Assembly: GCA_964019425.1 (NCBI GenBank)
Contig: OZ025796.1
Span: forward strand, 310,001 to 374,000
Source of the DNA: Flectonema sp. DT1601
Taxonomy: Eukaryota
Reading direction: 5' to 3'
DNA: 64,000 nucleotides
Positions 19,396 through 31,153 of this stretch are shown here, piece by piece (the stretch's first letter is position 1; each line of letters begins with the position of its first letter). Position numbers and translations under genes: made by a program. Under the pieces are notes generated by a model. The model searched no databases. It was given only the letters and a program-made list of their open reading frames with translations, and had not been told where the DNA came from.

Positions 19396-21321
19396 TTACC
19401 CCAATCGTGTTGATGGTGCCGGGTCATCATTAGCTGCCAGTCGTTTCATGACAAGTTCTCTACTCTTGAACCTCACTGTTGCGATTAATGAATTGATATC
19501 CTCTCTTGAGACTACAAGTTGGAATATAGGAGGAATTGGTTTCGTATAGTCACCTTGTTTCTGAACGCTCTCAGTAATAGTTTTGTCTGTTGCTCTGATG
19601 GCTGACTGTTGTTGTTGAGATCTCGCAAAAACAGATTTATGAACATTTGACGACCATCCAGAATCGACTTCAGTTGAATTTACATGTCGGAGAGCTTCGA
19701 TCATAAAACGGTTGTTTGCTTTCCAATTTGATACTCGTTGATTGAACTCTTCCTTTGCACGGAGGTAGGCGAGGATTCTATTACCGTATTCGAATTCTTT
19801 TTCTTTTACAAAGACATCAATGGATTCGTATTTGATGCTGACTGGTATCCCTCTCAATTCACCTGATTCTCTCATCAAATTACACAACGCTTTGCTGTAA
19901 ACCTCCAATTCTTGTTGGTTAGTATCACGTCTATGTCTTTGTAGGTATAATTCTTTTTCTCTTTCGAAGGATTCCTTTTCTTTTTCAAGGAGAAGGACTT
20001 TTCGTTCAAGTGTCCTGTCGAGTTGTATTGAACAAACCAGTCTTCGATATGCTCTCACAGTTCCGAGTGACCTCCAATTACGTTGTACAGCAACAACAGC
20101 TTTTTTAAACACATGAATTGATAAAGGAATCTTCGTAGCGGTAAGCCAATCTTTTAAAAATAATTTTATCTTTCTAATTGCTACTAACTTTCCTAAAAAT
20201 TGAATCAAAACAAGAGCTGCAGCATCAGAACGTGGATTCATAGCCCGAAGAGGTACAGCAGACTTGGTTGCCTGTTGACTTTGGATGACAAAAGAACAAT
20301 TATCCTTCACTGTAACCTGCAATACTTTTCTAATGACTTTGTGGACCTTTGATACAACAACAAAACACAACCATGCATTTCTTAAAGAGTTTTCTTTGAT
20401 TAGATTTCTTTCCTTTTTAAGGGCGTGTTCCTCTCGTAGTTCTGGCAGTAAAAGCAGCTGTTTTGTCCTTCGAATTTTTGCATTATTAATAACATGTGCC
20501 TTTCTCTGTGCTGCTTGTGTCCTAACTGCCAACACCACGGCGTTATTCTTTCTCCGTTGAGCCGCATCATGTCTTGCGGTAGCAGCGCCAAGTATATTTG
20601 AACGTCGGTGGTTGCGACCTTGATGGGTGTTGAGTTGCTTTTGTAATTCTATTTCCGCGACTTTACTGAAAAATGTGTTCATTTCAGCCTCGTCTTCCCG
20701 AAGAGAAATAATTTTCCGAACAACGATTCCATTTTTCGGTATTAATCGTCCTCTCAAATGTGATTTTGATACTTCCCTTCCGTAAGGTTTATTTGAAGGG
20801 TACTCCATGGCATTTTCAGTGAGTGACGTTGGAAGTTCTTTTGCGACCGACATTTTTGCGGTTGGGACAAGCAGTGAATCAGCAGTTGCAGAGAATGCAA
20901 TACTTTGGGGTGTGGTCGGACTCACAGAGTTCATATTCTGGATAATCGTCTGAAGATAAACACCTCTCTGATCCAACAGGTCAGTGCATTCGTCAATTCC
21001 ACGTTTGATTGATGTCGCTGTGCCGTTGGCAGGATTTTCAAAATTTAAACCTGCGGCATGAAGCAAAGCTGAGCTAGCCGCATCCTCTTCAACTCCAACG
21101 CAATCTAACAAATGCATGACTTCAGCACATGAGTTATTCTGTTTGTGTGTTAGGTTTTGTATTCTCATGTTGTTGCAGATTGTTTCTCTCCTTCCAGTGA
21201 AAGATGATCGAAGTCTTTGGGATCTCATTCCAGTTATAAAGAAACTACCGTTACTTTCCGTGTCTACGTCACTACCTCTGAAGGGAGGATTTTTAAGTTG
21301 GGGAAGAGGATGAATAGCCAT
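19396..21321 (-). CDS. Unknown basic helical protein with an IQ-like motif
   Basis: 641-aa ORF; IQ-like VQRNWRSL. An ACAACAG acceptor at 21336-21337 lies 15 nt upstream of the ATG. Confidence 0.75.
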   Translation of the reverse strand: MAIHPLPQLKNPPFRGSDVDTESNGSFFITGMRSQRLRSSFTGRRETICNNMRIQNLTHKQNNSCAEVMHLLDCVGVEEDAASSALLHAAGLNFENPANGTATSIKRGIDECTDLLDQRGVYLQTIIQNMNSVSPTTPQSIAFSATADSLLVPTAKMSVAKELPTSLTENAMEYPSNKPYGREVSKSHLRGRLIPKNGIVVRKIISLREDEAEMNTFFSKVAEIELQKQLNTHQGRNHRRSNILGAATARHDAAQRRKNNAVVLAVRTQAAQRKAHVINNAKIRRTKQLLLLPELREEHALKKERNLIKENSLRNAWLCFVVVSKVHKVIRKVLQVTVKDNCSFVIQSQQATKSAVPLRAMNPRSDAAALVLIQFLGKLVAIRKIKLFLKDWLTATKIPLSIHVFKKAVVAVQRNWRSLGTVRAYRRLVCSIQLDRTLERKVLLLEKEKESFEREKELYLQRHRRDTNQQELEVYSKALCNLMRESGELRGIPVSIKYESIDVFVKEKEFEYGNRILAYLRAKEEFNQRVSNWKANNRFMIEALRHVNSTEVDSGWSSNVHKSVFARSQQQQSAIRATDKTITESVQKQGDYTKPIPPIFQLVVSREDINSLIATVRFKSRELVMKRLAANDDPAPSTRLG

Positions 21322-22538
21322 CCTCCTTTATTTACCTGTTGTTTTAAAAAAGAAAAAGTAAGTATCGCTGTGAACTTGTTGAATATCACAACACCATCCT
21401 CAACACCTAACTAGTGAGGTGGTATTCTAAAGTGCCGTTCGTAAAGTTTACTGGACATCGATAAAGAATACAGGAGGAGAGAGGGGGGGGGTGTTTCACC
21501 AACAGTCCTAAGGACGTGATAGTGATAAAAGAGATCACACCTTCGTTTTTTTTTTTTTTTTTTTTGATTAACTTTCGTCAGAAGTTTTGTCTTCCCCGCG
21601 ATCTAAGAATTCTCATCTCTGACGCAGGATTAAGGTCCTCCTTGACATGAAACCAGTTTAAGACCTTCACCTCAAAATATTAAACAAAATCAACACAAGC
21701 AGAGGAAGAAGGACTATAGAGGTATATGGAAATGAACAAGAACAGAGTGTTTTGTTTTTTTTCACACGGAAATAAAAACACCACGAAAGGTGACTCAAAT
21801 CACCCCGTGTTTGACAGATTCGGTCTAACGAGAACAAGTAAAAAAAAAAGAATCGGCTTAATCTTTTAAACTATACAGAAAATAGTAATATAACACTGCA
21901 ATTTTTTGTTTGTGCACGAAACCGGAAAAAAAAATTAAAAAGATTTTAACATCCCGATAGGGGACTTAATATGACACGAGGGAGGGTTACCACGTTAGAG
22001 ACTGTTTTTATTTTGTAACAATTCGCAGTATTTCTCAAGAGATAAAGACACGTCGAGAGAAGAAAAAAAAAAAAAAAAAAAACATTGAACATAGGAACGA
22101 ATAGTTTAGAAATGGGAGAATAAAAAAACAGTTTATCCCAACCGAAGCAAACTAATAAACGATGAGCTCTCGTTGTTCTTCAAGTGAACTTGTTCAGTTG
22201 TAAAGAAGACTGAGAGATCCATTCGAGTAAAAAAAAAATAAAAAAAAAAAAACGTTTTGGAAACTCGGCATGCTGGGAGCCTTGATCAGCAAAATTCCAA
22301 AAATGCTAGAAATGCCACTACAATACTTGTAAAAAAAAAAGAGAGAGAGAGAGAGCAAGAAAAAATAAAAAACAACACAGATTTTTATCTATGGTGAACC
22401 TACAGCAAGCTGAAAGGTTTTTTTTTTTTTTGGTAACCTGATATTTCTTATGATCACGTGGGCGACAGGATTCCGTCTGCGTTCAAAATGAAAAAGGGCT
22501 AATCCGAATGTTCGGTTTTTTTTTATTATTATTATTGA

Positions 22539-23678
22539 TCAGTAAATCTCAAGCAAAATTTGCATGACTTCCTCAGGGGTGACCTTTCTCGGATTATTAT
22601 CACTGCGACCCTTAGTGAGAGCGTTAGCAGCGATGTTTGGCAAGTCTTTTTTCGAAATACCGTAGGCAGAAAGATTCTTTTTAACACCAAGAGACTTCAA
22701 GATGAAATCGAGCTTTAAGACCAACTCAGTAATTGACTCTACTCGATAAGCAGAGAATAAGACTTTGAAAGACTCCTTCACGTGAGATGTTAATTCCTCA
22801 TCACAAGAATTGTGATTAAGTGTAGCAACTGCTGATAGTGTTAAACAACAAGCAATTCCATGTGGGATTCCAAACAAAGCCGACATTGGATATGACATTG
22901 AATGACATAGTGTAGTTCTAGAAATATTGATTGCCTTTCCAGACAAGTGAGAAGCTAATTGGAATGCCTCCAATCGATTTGGAGTTCCTATCTCGAGATG
23001 AGATAATATTAATTTTATTGATTCAGCTGAAAACAATTGCGACTCAGCTGTAGATTTTCTAGCCCAAGCTGACTCTGTCGCGTGTGCCAATGCATCCAAC
23101 ACAGTAGCAGCGACGACTGGCTCTGGAAGAGAGTCAAGCAGTTGAGGGTCGAGAATTACATTTTTCGGTAGTATTGTTGGATGATCGATCGATTGTTTTA
23201 TTTTATTCTTGTACACGACAGCGAATGTCGTCGCTTCAGATCCTGTTCCGACTGTCGTTGGTAAGAATATCAATTCAAATTGATTTCCCTTCTTATTGTC
23301 CAACAAGATATCATCTACACATTGAGCCTTGTTAGTGAGAGCAATCGCAATTAGTTTTGACAAATCCATTGCTGTACCTCCTCCAACAGCAATTATTGAC
23401 GTAACCTTATCCATACCTTCAGTTGCAATGATGTCGGAGTATACCAGTTCAACTTCCTCAAGAGGAAGAGCCTTCCCAGTATATAACTTTTGAATTATCT
23501 TATCGCCGTGTTGCTCAAAATATTTTGCTGCTCCACATGGACCAAAACCAGCAGCATCAGCGATAAGCAGAACTTTTTCATGTTTCTCAATTAGATCACC
23601 TACGGTATTAATACATCCTCTTCCCGCGGCAGTCCCTGGGAATCGACCAGCAAAATCATGAGTGACTGACAGAGACAT
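22539..23678 (-). CDS. Iron-containing alcohol dehydrogenase, phosphonoacetaldehyde reductase (2-hydroxyethylphosphonate dehydrogenase)-like
   Basis: Fe-ADH motifs AVGGGTAMDLSK, PTTVGTGSEAT, metal ligands DALAH / CHSMSY / PHG, and NNPR. GKAINISRTT..H..SYP is typical of the phosphonoacetaldehyde reductase subgroup. Confidence 0.8.
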   Translation of the reverse strand: MSLSVTHDFAGRFPGTAAGRGCINTVGDLIEKHEKVLLIADAAGFGPCGAAKYFEQHGDKIIQKLYTGKALPLEEVELVYSDIIATEGMDKVTSIIAVGGGTAMDLSKLIAIALTNKAQCVDDILLDNKKGNQFELIFLPTTVGTGSEATTFAVVYKNKIKQSIDHPTILPKNVILDPQLLDSLPEPVVAATVLDALAHATESAWARKSTAESQLFSAESIKLILSHLEIGTPNRLEAFQLASHLSGKAINISRTTLCHSMSYPMSALFGIPHGIACCLTLSAVATLNHNSCDEELTSHVKESFKVLFSAYRVESITELVLKLDFILKSLGVKKNLSAYGISKKDLPNIAANALTKGRSDNNPRKVTPEEVMQILLEIY

Positions 23679-23900
23679 TCCAATTACAAAACTGTTGAGA
23701 GGGTTGATAATTTTTTTAAAATTATTTACATCTGATGTCTTTTTAAACTACACAATGCTTTGAGGGGGCAATCAATAAATGTAGTTTGCTATTTTGAAAA
23801 AAATAATTATTATTCATAAAAGGTGTTTCTCTAAAACTGTGAAACTTGTCAAGAAGTACGATGACAACAACAATTTAAAAGAATGTTGTCACCTTTTTTC

Positions 23901-25328
23901 TTATATATTATTATTAATTCCAAACTGTGATAATAAATCGTTGGATTTATCGGAACTGTTGGACATGAGGTGTTCGATTTCGTCGATTTCTTTTGGAATT
24001 GAAGCAGTGAGGACCTCACCACCATCATTAGTAAGGAGTACGTCATCTTCTATACGAACACATATCCCGCGAAGGTCTTCCGGAACATCAGAGCTGTTTG
24101 GTAAGTAGATCCCTGGTTCCACAGTGTGAATGGCTTTTGCAAGAAACTTATCTTGACATAGCGTAGGGAAGGTTTCGTGAATATCTAATCCAAAAGGATG
24201 ACCAAAAGCGTGTTGATAATATTTTTTATAACTTCCCTTTTCACGATGAGTAGCGGCATTACCCGACAACACTCCCAGTTCCAACAATGCTTCCGTAATA
24301 AGCTCCTCACTTAGCCTTTGTAATTTCGTTATAGTCTCACCAACTTGAAGAGCAGCTATAAGTTGTTTCTGCACATTCAACACAGCTGTATAAACTCTTC
24401 TCTGATTAGGTGAGTATACTCCATTCACTGGCCATGTTCGGGTGACGTCAGTCGGATGGTTTGCAAATTCAGCACCAGCATCAACTAAAACTAGGTCACC
24501 GTCTTTTAAAATCGTGTTATTTGCGACATAATGAAGTGCTAATCCGTTGTCACCTCCAGCTACTACTGGAGGATATGCTAGTCGATCACCACCTTGAAGT
24601 TGTGTTACAAAGTTCATAATGGATTCTATTGTCGATTCGGATACGCCTGGTGCCGTTGACATCATCGCAGCGGTGAACATGTCTTTTGTGATTGAAGCGC
24701 TTCTTCGATGCATATTAATTTGACTCTCACCCTTAACAGTTCGTAATGCCAGTAATATTTGTTTTGGGTCTGTAAATGTTCCAACGACAGCTTTAACCTC
24801 TTCCTCTGCTGGTATGTTTATGTTTTTTAACATCATAATTGAAGATGTCTTCTTTTCATTAATACTTTCTCGGATGATTCTCGCTACGTCTGATCGTTCA
24901 TAACAAGCGTCCGGATCGAAGTGTTTCAGACCCAACACCTGACCTGTTTGCACGCCATCCCACATCTCTTTCACTGGATCTTTTTTTCTTATAAAAAGGC
25001 TCCATGAAGTTTCCCCTTCAGGACTTTTTTGAAATATCGCACATGCATTTGGCTCCAGACATCCCGTCAAGAACCAAAAATTTGATTCTTGTCTGAACCT
25101 CCAGGGGATGTCATGCGTCATAATTCTTGTTTCGTACGCATTTAAAACCAACATCGCACCTGGTTGCAGTGCTGAAAGCAACACGTTTCGTCTTTGCTTA
25201 AAGTCATCCCGTTGTATCCCTACCGTTATTTCACCCTCTTTCAACAGATGAGGATGTGTTAGTGGTGTCGGTTGTCCAATGAACTCCTTAACGGTACTTG
25301 AGAGGCATCTACTAACTTTTCTAAACAT
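23901..25328 (-). CDS. XPNPEP3: Mitochondrial Xaa-Pro aminopeptidase 3 / Icp55 (peptidase M24B)
   Basis: Presequence-like MFRKVSRCLSS; signature GQPTPLTHPHLLKEGEITVGI; FRQESNF; DAG, DVTRTWP, GHPFGLDIHE, VEPGIY and RIEDD. Confidence 0.9.
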   Translation of the reverse strand: MFRKVSRCLSSTVKEFIGQPTPLTHPHLLKEGEITVGIQRDDFKQRRNVLLSALQPGAMLVLNAYETRIMTHDIPWRFRQESNFWFLTGCLEPNACAIFQKSPEGETSWSLFIRKKDPVKEMWDGVQTGQVLGLKHFDPDACYERSDVARIIRESINEKKTSSIMMLKNINIPAEEEVKAVVGTFTDPKQILLALRTVKGESQINMHRRSASITKDMFTAAMMSTAPGVSESTIESIMNFVTQLQGGDRLAYPPVVAGGDNGLALHYVANNTILKDGDLVLVDAGAEFANHPTDVTRTWPVNGVYSPNQRRVYTAVLNVQKQLIAALQVGETITKLQRLSEELITEALLELGVLSGNAATHREKGSYKKYYQHAFGHPFGLDIHETFPTLCQDKFLAKAIHTVEPGIYLPNSSDVPEDLRGICVRIEDDVLLTNDGGEVLTASIPKEIDEIEHLMSNSSDKSNDLLSQFGINNNI

Positions 25329-25668
25329 CGTTCTGGTTGAGAGACTGACAAAGAAAAATAATAATTAAGCATTACACAAATGGTATAGTATCCATACGTT
25401 GTGTTGATGTTCATAGAGAATGCAGTACTTCTCAACGTCATCAGAGGTGTGGTTGATGTTGGGTTCAGATGGTTCTGTTTTTTAAAAAAAAAAAGAAAAG
25501 TAGGAATTAGGCATCGCAGGTAATATTTAAAAAAAAATACTTTTTTCACAATATTTTTTTTGTTGTTTCTAATGAAAAAAAAAAAAAAAAAAAAGTATTA
25601 AATCGGTTCTGCAGACGACCTTTCTCCCTCTCCCCCCGCGAATATGTTCGCGAGATTTCAGGAAGTGA

Positions 25669-25700
<32 letters not shown>

Positions 25701-25815
25701 CCCACAAGTAAACATTGTATCTACAATACTAGTGAATCAGACTAAACCAACACCAGAGAGTACTCTTTCTAGTGAATATTATTATTAGAATCATCTTCGG
25801 CATACTTTAGATCAT

Positions 25816-26562
25816 CTATCTCGTTCCCTTTGACTTCCTTTTGTCGTAGAAGTTTCCTTTTCCTATCTTCTCTCTCTGACCGTTACGCTGTTTTTGTTTG
25901 TTTTGTTTTGTTTTGTTTTAGTTTAGAATTAATATTAACTGAATAAGTAGACATACCAACGGTTTCTTGTCTTGTTTTTTTGGTTCTCTCTTTTTGCGCT
26001 CATTAAGTCGCTTCCATTTCCAAGGTGGCATCGGGTCTTCTGCTGCAGCCCAAAGACCAACACCAGAACTTGATGCATTTCGCTGAAGTTCCTCAAATGG
26101 TACACGAGTGTCATGAGGTCCAAAATGCCAGGCTATTCCGTTGACCAAAAGTGATCGTTGAACGTATTTAAATTCAGTTGAAAAGGCATTTTGAGTAAAA
26201 ACATCCGCCACGTATGCGGAGTTCATATCTCTCTCATAGAGGTAAGCAACGACATCTGTGTTTTTAGCAGAAAGTAGCTTTTCTAAATAAAGTTTAGATT
26301 CCTTACCGTGGGGTTGTCCCATCTCAGGGGCATCTACGGCACGTAAACGAACTCGTAATAAATAACCGTCTTCTGTATTTGCGTAGAACGAATCACCGTC
26401 GATCACCTGTCTGATTTTTAATGAAACTTCGCTGCCTACTAAGCTTTGCATCTCAAGTCCTTGCCACCAGAACATGAAAAACATTATCAGTCCGGATATG
26501 CATAAAAAAGATCCCGGTATTCCCATTATAAATTCATAACCAAATGGTTTTCCTCGCGCCAT
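25816..26562 (-). CDS. Membrane-anchored staphylococcal-nuclease (SNase/LCL3-like) protein; exons 26562-25957 and 25887-25816
   Basis: N-terminal TM helix; VIDGDS, RVRLRAVDAPE, QPHG, GLW and PWKW. Intron 25888-25956 (GTATGT...AAACAG) gives the in-frame tail RNGQREKIGKGNFYDKRKSKGTR*. Confidence 0.85.
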
Positions 26563-27340
26563 TTATTTATTTTTTTTTCTTTTTGAGTGTGGTACGGTTC
26601 ACACACTTTTGTGAATGAAAAATAAGGATTTTTTTAATTTTTTTTTTTAAAAAATATGCAAAAAAATAATAATCTCAATACGTATCTAAAGGAGGATCGG
26701 GTGGGTTGGATTAGGAGAAGAAAAAAACTCTAGAAAAGTAACGTGAAAAAAAAGAAAATTTACCACGCATAAAAGGGTTAAGTGTTTGAGTATATTTAAA
26801 AACCTGCATGAGGGGCAGGCAAGAAAAACACTCTAAACATCCCCTTTACAACTAATTACGGCAAAAAAAAAAATTAAAAAAATAAATAAATAAAAAAGTA
26901 CAGTGGGAGGGAGAAAAGGTTATACAGCTAACCGAGAACTCTGTAATTATAAAAAAACAACACAAAAAAAAAAATTCAAAAAAAAAACTTCCCCCATTTC
27001 AGATAAAGCCTTAATTATTTTGTTGATCACAGACAGTAATACTGACGATGACCATGAATAGCTCTTAATCTGAATAGTTCGATGGTTATTTTTTTTTTTT
27101 TTTTTTTTTTGTTGACAAAATAGCAGCACAGAGTCTAATAACAGCAGAAGAATGACCACAGATTGTGTCATTTTAAATACTCCTCCAGATTGACGGATGA
27201 GGCAAGTCTTCGAGACTTCAATCCTCAGATATTAGAAGTAACACATCGTCATAGAGATGACGTGTTGCTCTGACCAACCAGATAGAGGCTTTAAAGAAAC
27301 CCCCCTTGCACTAACTACGTTCGTCACGATCATAAACAAT

Positions 27341-30300
27341 TTATTGTCTTTTAATAAGAGTTGCGACCGACTGCGGAGCATCTGGTGGCCACACCGGAGG
27401 AACTGATTGGTAGTCGACAACATCCTGTTCACGAGAACTTGGTAATAAAAAGAATCGCCGTACTCCTTGTGGTGTGTTGACCTCTCCCCAATATTTGTAA
27501 CCTTTTTGAGACTTCTGTTCAGTTGTGAGGAGTGCTTCTAAGGCAATGATTAGTCTTGCCCATTCAAGATTCCAAACTTTATCACTCTCGTCGTATATTT
27601 TTGAATAAGTAGTCGTCATCATCGCAATCAATAAATTTAACAACAATATAGAAACCATCAAAACATAAACCAACAACAACGCCGTACTTATGTATGGAAA
27701 ATGTGATGAGTCCTCGTCGATTAACAGAGCGCTCACATCCGCTTGTCCAAGGAGAGCAACAAAACAACCCATTAAACGCCTAAAGAAGTGACCAGCTCCG
27801 TACTTGTTAACCAGTAAGTATAGAGCTTGGGTAAACCCGATTAAGAAGGTTGCGAATATGATTAAAAATCTCATCAAATCGGATCCAAGCATCTTCCAAA
27901 TCATGACAACGAAAGGACCAGTTCCTCTAAACCCTAACAACTCGTGTAAGACATGACACCAAAGGATTAATGCTCCGAATGCGAGTCCTAAATCTTCGTA
28001 GCTGTATTCTCCTGCAAAACGACAACCACATGCGCAGGTGATACAAAACGCAAACATCCAGACCATCAACTGCTCAACTAACATTGATCCTCGTCTACCA
28101 AAGTAGACTTCAGTTGGTAGTGAAGTCATCTGTTTAATCTCATTCATAACTCGATAACCGGTTCCAATTAGAACTACTGACTCACAGAATCTCTGAAGAG
28201 GATAAGAAGCAATCTCGCACCATATTATCCACCAGAAAGAAACAGAACTGTCTCCGAACCAAACGTCTCCTGAACAGACTCTGGAATTGTTTTCAGCTTG
28301 AATTCTAACCAAGGGACCATAAAACACAACCACAGAATACGCTAGAACAAAACACATGAGAAGAGCGAATCGACCAAGCCAAAGTCTTTCAGCAAAAGTT
28401 TTCCATTTCATTAAAAGCAGTTCTTTGACAGCAGGAATCATAAGTAAGTCAGCGTGTTCACGATCAACTAATAATTGTAAGACACTCTTAACATGTGTTC
28501 TCGTGTTAATAGGGTCAAGTTCATCTAACCAAATACGACGACACTTACAAGAACCTACCTGCCACACTTCATCAGTATTACAATCAATAAGGTGTTCAAA
28601 GATTTCTTTGTGTCCTAAGTGAGCTGCTAATGTAAACGGCGTGAATTTGTCTTGGTTAAAGGTACCATCCTCACCAAAATCAACTTTGTGTTCCTTCATT
28701 AAAAATTTTACGTAATCATACATCTGCGGAAGGTTGTGATAAACACAGAAGTGTAAAGCATTATTACCGTGAGTGTCTTTAACGAGTAGGTGTTCCTTTT
28801 CTGATAATCGAAGCCTCTCAGCTCCAATTTGTAAGACGTATGCGACTATCTCTGGTTGGTTTCCTGATACTGCAAATAATAATGGCCATTCTCCTCCGTA
28901 GTATGTTTCAGATCCTTCTTCGAAGAAATTACCAACAGCCCGATGTGATAAGTGATGGGGACTGATATGAAGAAATTTATGGATGTTGTGCTTATCTCTG
29001 TGAATAATAGCAAAGTGAAGTCCGGAAATACCGTTGAAGATGTTTCCAGTGTAAACATCCAATGCAAGTGCCGGCATGAATAACGTTATCCAATCAACAA
29101 TTGCTCTGTGTTCGAATGAAGAGACTCCTCTAAGAAGAGCGCAATGGAGGGGCGTGGCTGTCATATCGTCTCGTCTTCGGAGTTTCCACGGTGCTGATAC
29201 TACCAGTCGCTGTAACCCAGCCAGGTCACCTTCAATAACAGCACGGAACACTGGATCACTAACAGAGTTATCAGCGCTGTTTAGCTCACCCAGAACATAG
29301 TTCTCCCTCCCAGTGAAAGCCAAAAAGATGATAAAGGCTGCAGTTACGAGAATCGGAGTAGCAATGGCCACCCCAGCACCATCCTGTTCCTCTTCTTGTA
29401 CCATTATCGTTATCAGTGAGCTTAGTGATAGTGAAAAACACACCAACAGAGACAGCCAGACTGGTATTAATTTTCTTTTACAGAGAGTTGCCCAGACGGC
29501 TACTGTTAAGAAACAACTTGCCCACAACAACATCAGCCATCCTTCTATGTCACTAATATATAAATAAAAAAGGATTAGAATCCCGATGACTGCTAAGATG
29601 TACCAATAAGCTTCTTTAAGAGATTCAAATCGAGGAGTTGCTTCTCGTTCAGGACTTTCCGTTACATCTTCACTGTGTTGTGCTTCATCGAAACGTTCAC
29701 GTAGTTCGTACCATTTTGTTAAAAGAGTTTTCTCTCTAGCTAACTCGTCTTCAGTTACGATGGGCAGTCTTGAGAAGACTCTATCGGTAGTTGTAAAGGT
29801 TGGCTTTGATCCAGGCAGTGAAGGTTTGTATCCCATCCTCTTTTGAACTGGTATTGTTATCCTGGCAATCTTTTCTTCAATAGCAACCATTTCATAATGT
29901 ATCAACACAATCTCACTCTCACCTGCAGTCGGAGGTGGTGGTGGTGGAACTGGTTCTACAGGACTGGCAGTTATAAAAGAGCATCGTTGACGACGTTCTG
30001 ATTTCATATCAGTTTTAACAGCAATAGTCTCAGATCGTGATACTCTAGATCTGACTTCACTCTTAGATGGCGCTGTTGGAGCTACTTCAACTTCATGAAC
30101 AGCAGACGAGACACCTCTCGCTGATAACGGTCTCGCTAACAGTCTACGCGTATCACTTAATTGTGATCTCAAAGCTTGATGCTCTGCTCTCAATAAGTCT
30201 CTCTCTGCTTCAGCTCTAAACGTTCTTTCTCTATCAACATCATAATCAAAAGCAGCACCAGTTGGTCTTCTACCACTATACTCGTTGTATCTCTGACTGA

Positions 30301-30415
30301 TTGGGGATGTCGGAGGCGGTGGTTGAACTGGTAGTGGAATGTCACCCGGGATACCTCCTCTTATTGGTGACCTCCCCCCCGCTGACGGAGACGTCAACGG
30401 TGATTTCCAACTCAT
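27341..30415 (-). CDS. TRPV-like cation channel (ankyrin repeats + 6TM + TRP box) with extra N-terminal hydrophobic helices
   Basis: Ankyrin motifs TPLHCA, SGLHFA, GEWPLLFA, GNNALH and TPFTLAA; GFRGTGPFVVMIWKML..DLMRF; ILLLNLLIAMM..TY; TRP box WNLEWA. Confidence 0.9.
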   Translation of the reverse strand: MSWKSPLTSPSAGGRSPIRGGIPGDIPLPVQPPPPTSPISQRYNEYSGRRPTGAAFDYDVDRERTFRAEAERDLLRAEHQALRSQLSDTRRLLARPLSARGVSSAVHEVEVAPTAPSKSEVRSRVSRSETIAVKTDMKSERRQRCSFITASPVEPVPPPPPPTAGESEIVLIHYEMVAIEEKIARITIPVQKRMGYKPSLPGSKPTFTTTDRVFSRLPIVTEDELAREKTLLTKWYELRERFDEAQHSEDVTESPEREATPRFESLKEAYWYILAVIGILILFYLYISDIEGWLMLLWASCFLTVAVWATLCKRKLIPVWLSLLVCFSLSLSSLITIMVQEEEQDGAGVAIATPILVTAAFIIFLAFTGRENYVLGELNSADNSVSDPVFRAVIEGDLAGLQRLVVSAPWKLRRRDDMTATPLHCALLRGVSSFEHRAIVDWITLFMPALALDVYTGNIFNGISGLHFAIIHRDKHNIHKFLHISPHHLSHRAVGNFFEEGSETYYGGEWPLLFAVSGNQPEIVAYVLQIGAERLRLSEKEHLLVKDTHGNNALHFCVYHNLPQMYDYVKFLMKEHKVDFGEDGTFNQDKFTPFTLAAHLGHKEIFEHLIDCNTDEVWQVGSCKCRRIWLDELDPINTRTHVKSVLQLLVDREHADLLMIPAVKELLLMKWKTFAERLWLGRFALLMCFVLAYSVVVFYGPLVRIQAENNSRVCSGDVWFGDSSVSFWWIIWCEIASYPLQRFCESVVLIGTGYRVMNEIKQMTSLPTEVYFGRRGSMLVEQLMVWMFAFCITCACGCRFAGEYSYEDLGLAFGALILWCHVLHELLGFRGTGPFVVMIWKMLGSDLMRFLIIFATFLIGFTQALYLLVNKYGAGHFFRRLMGCFVALLGQADVSALLIDEDSSHFPYISTALLLVYVLMVSILLLNLLIAMMTTTYSKIYDESDKVWNLEWARLIIALEALLTTEQKSQKGYKYWGEVNTPQGVRRFFLLPSSREQDVVDYQSVPPVWPPDAPQSVATLIKRQ

Positions 30416-30797
30416 TTTATATATCAGAACTGCTTTTAAAAAAGAAATTATTACTTATTTTAAAAACCATCTGAAAGACTGACAAAGTAGTGCACTCTCT
30501 CCCCCCTTCATCAAACAGAGTTCTAGTTAACACATGAATGACTACTTCATAATCGTGGATCAAATCACCAACAGCAGTAATTTGATTGCCGAAACGTATT
30601 GTTGTTAAGAAGGGGAAAAAAATGAATCAAAAAAAATTCAAAAGGATTGTTACATTTCACGCGTTTCGTTTTTTTTTTTTTTTTTTTTTCTGTTGTACCC
30701 AAGCGCAACATAACTTATAAAATATCTTAAGAAATTTTATTTTATTAAGATTTCTGTATTGCTTGTGCACAAACAAAATAAAAGTACGAAGAGGGGG

Positions 30798-30830
<33 letters not shown>

Positions 30831-31099
30831 AAGTAACACATGAAATCTTCCATGGATTACTAATTTATGTAGCAGTCACTCGATCACAAGAAACGTTATA
30901 CTTTTTTGATCAGGCTCGCAGATTTAGTATTGCTGTGTGATCGTTTTAGGAAAACGCTATAATTCTGATCAATTGACCAACTGAAAGTCTCTCAGTTTAC
31001 GTTTTTAATAACAAAATTGAACAAATTGAACAAAAGAACATAAAAACGGGATAATCGTTCCTGAACATTTACTGAGGGACATTTAAGCTGACGGCGGGG

Positions 31100-31137
<38 letters not shown>

Positions 31138-31153
31138 AATCTTTTAAAACGCG

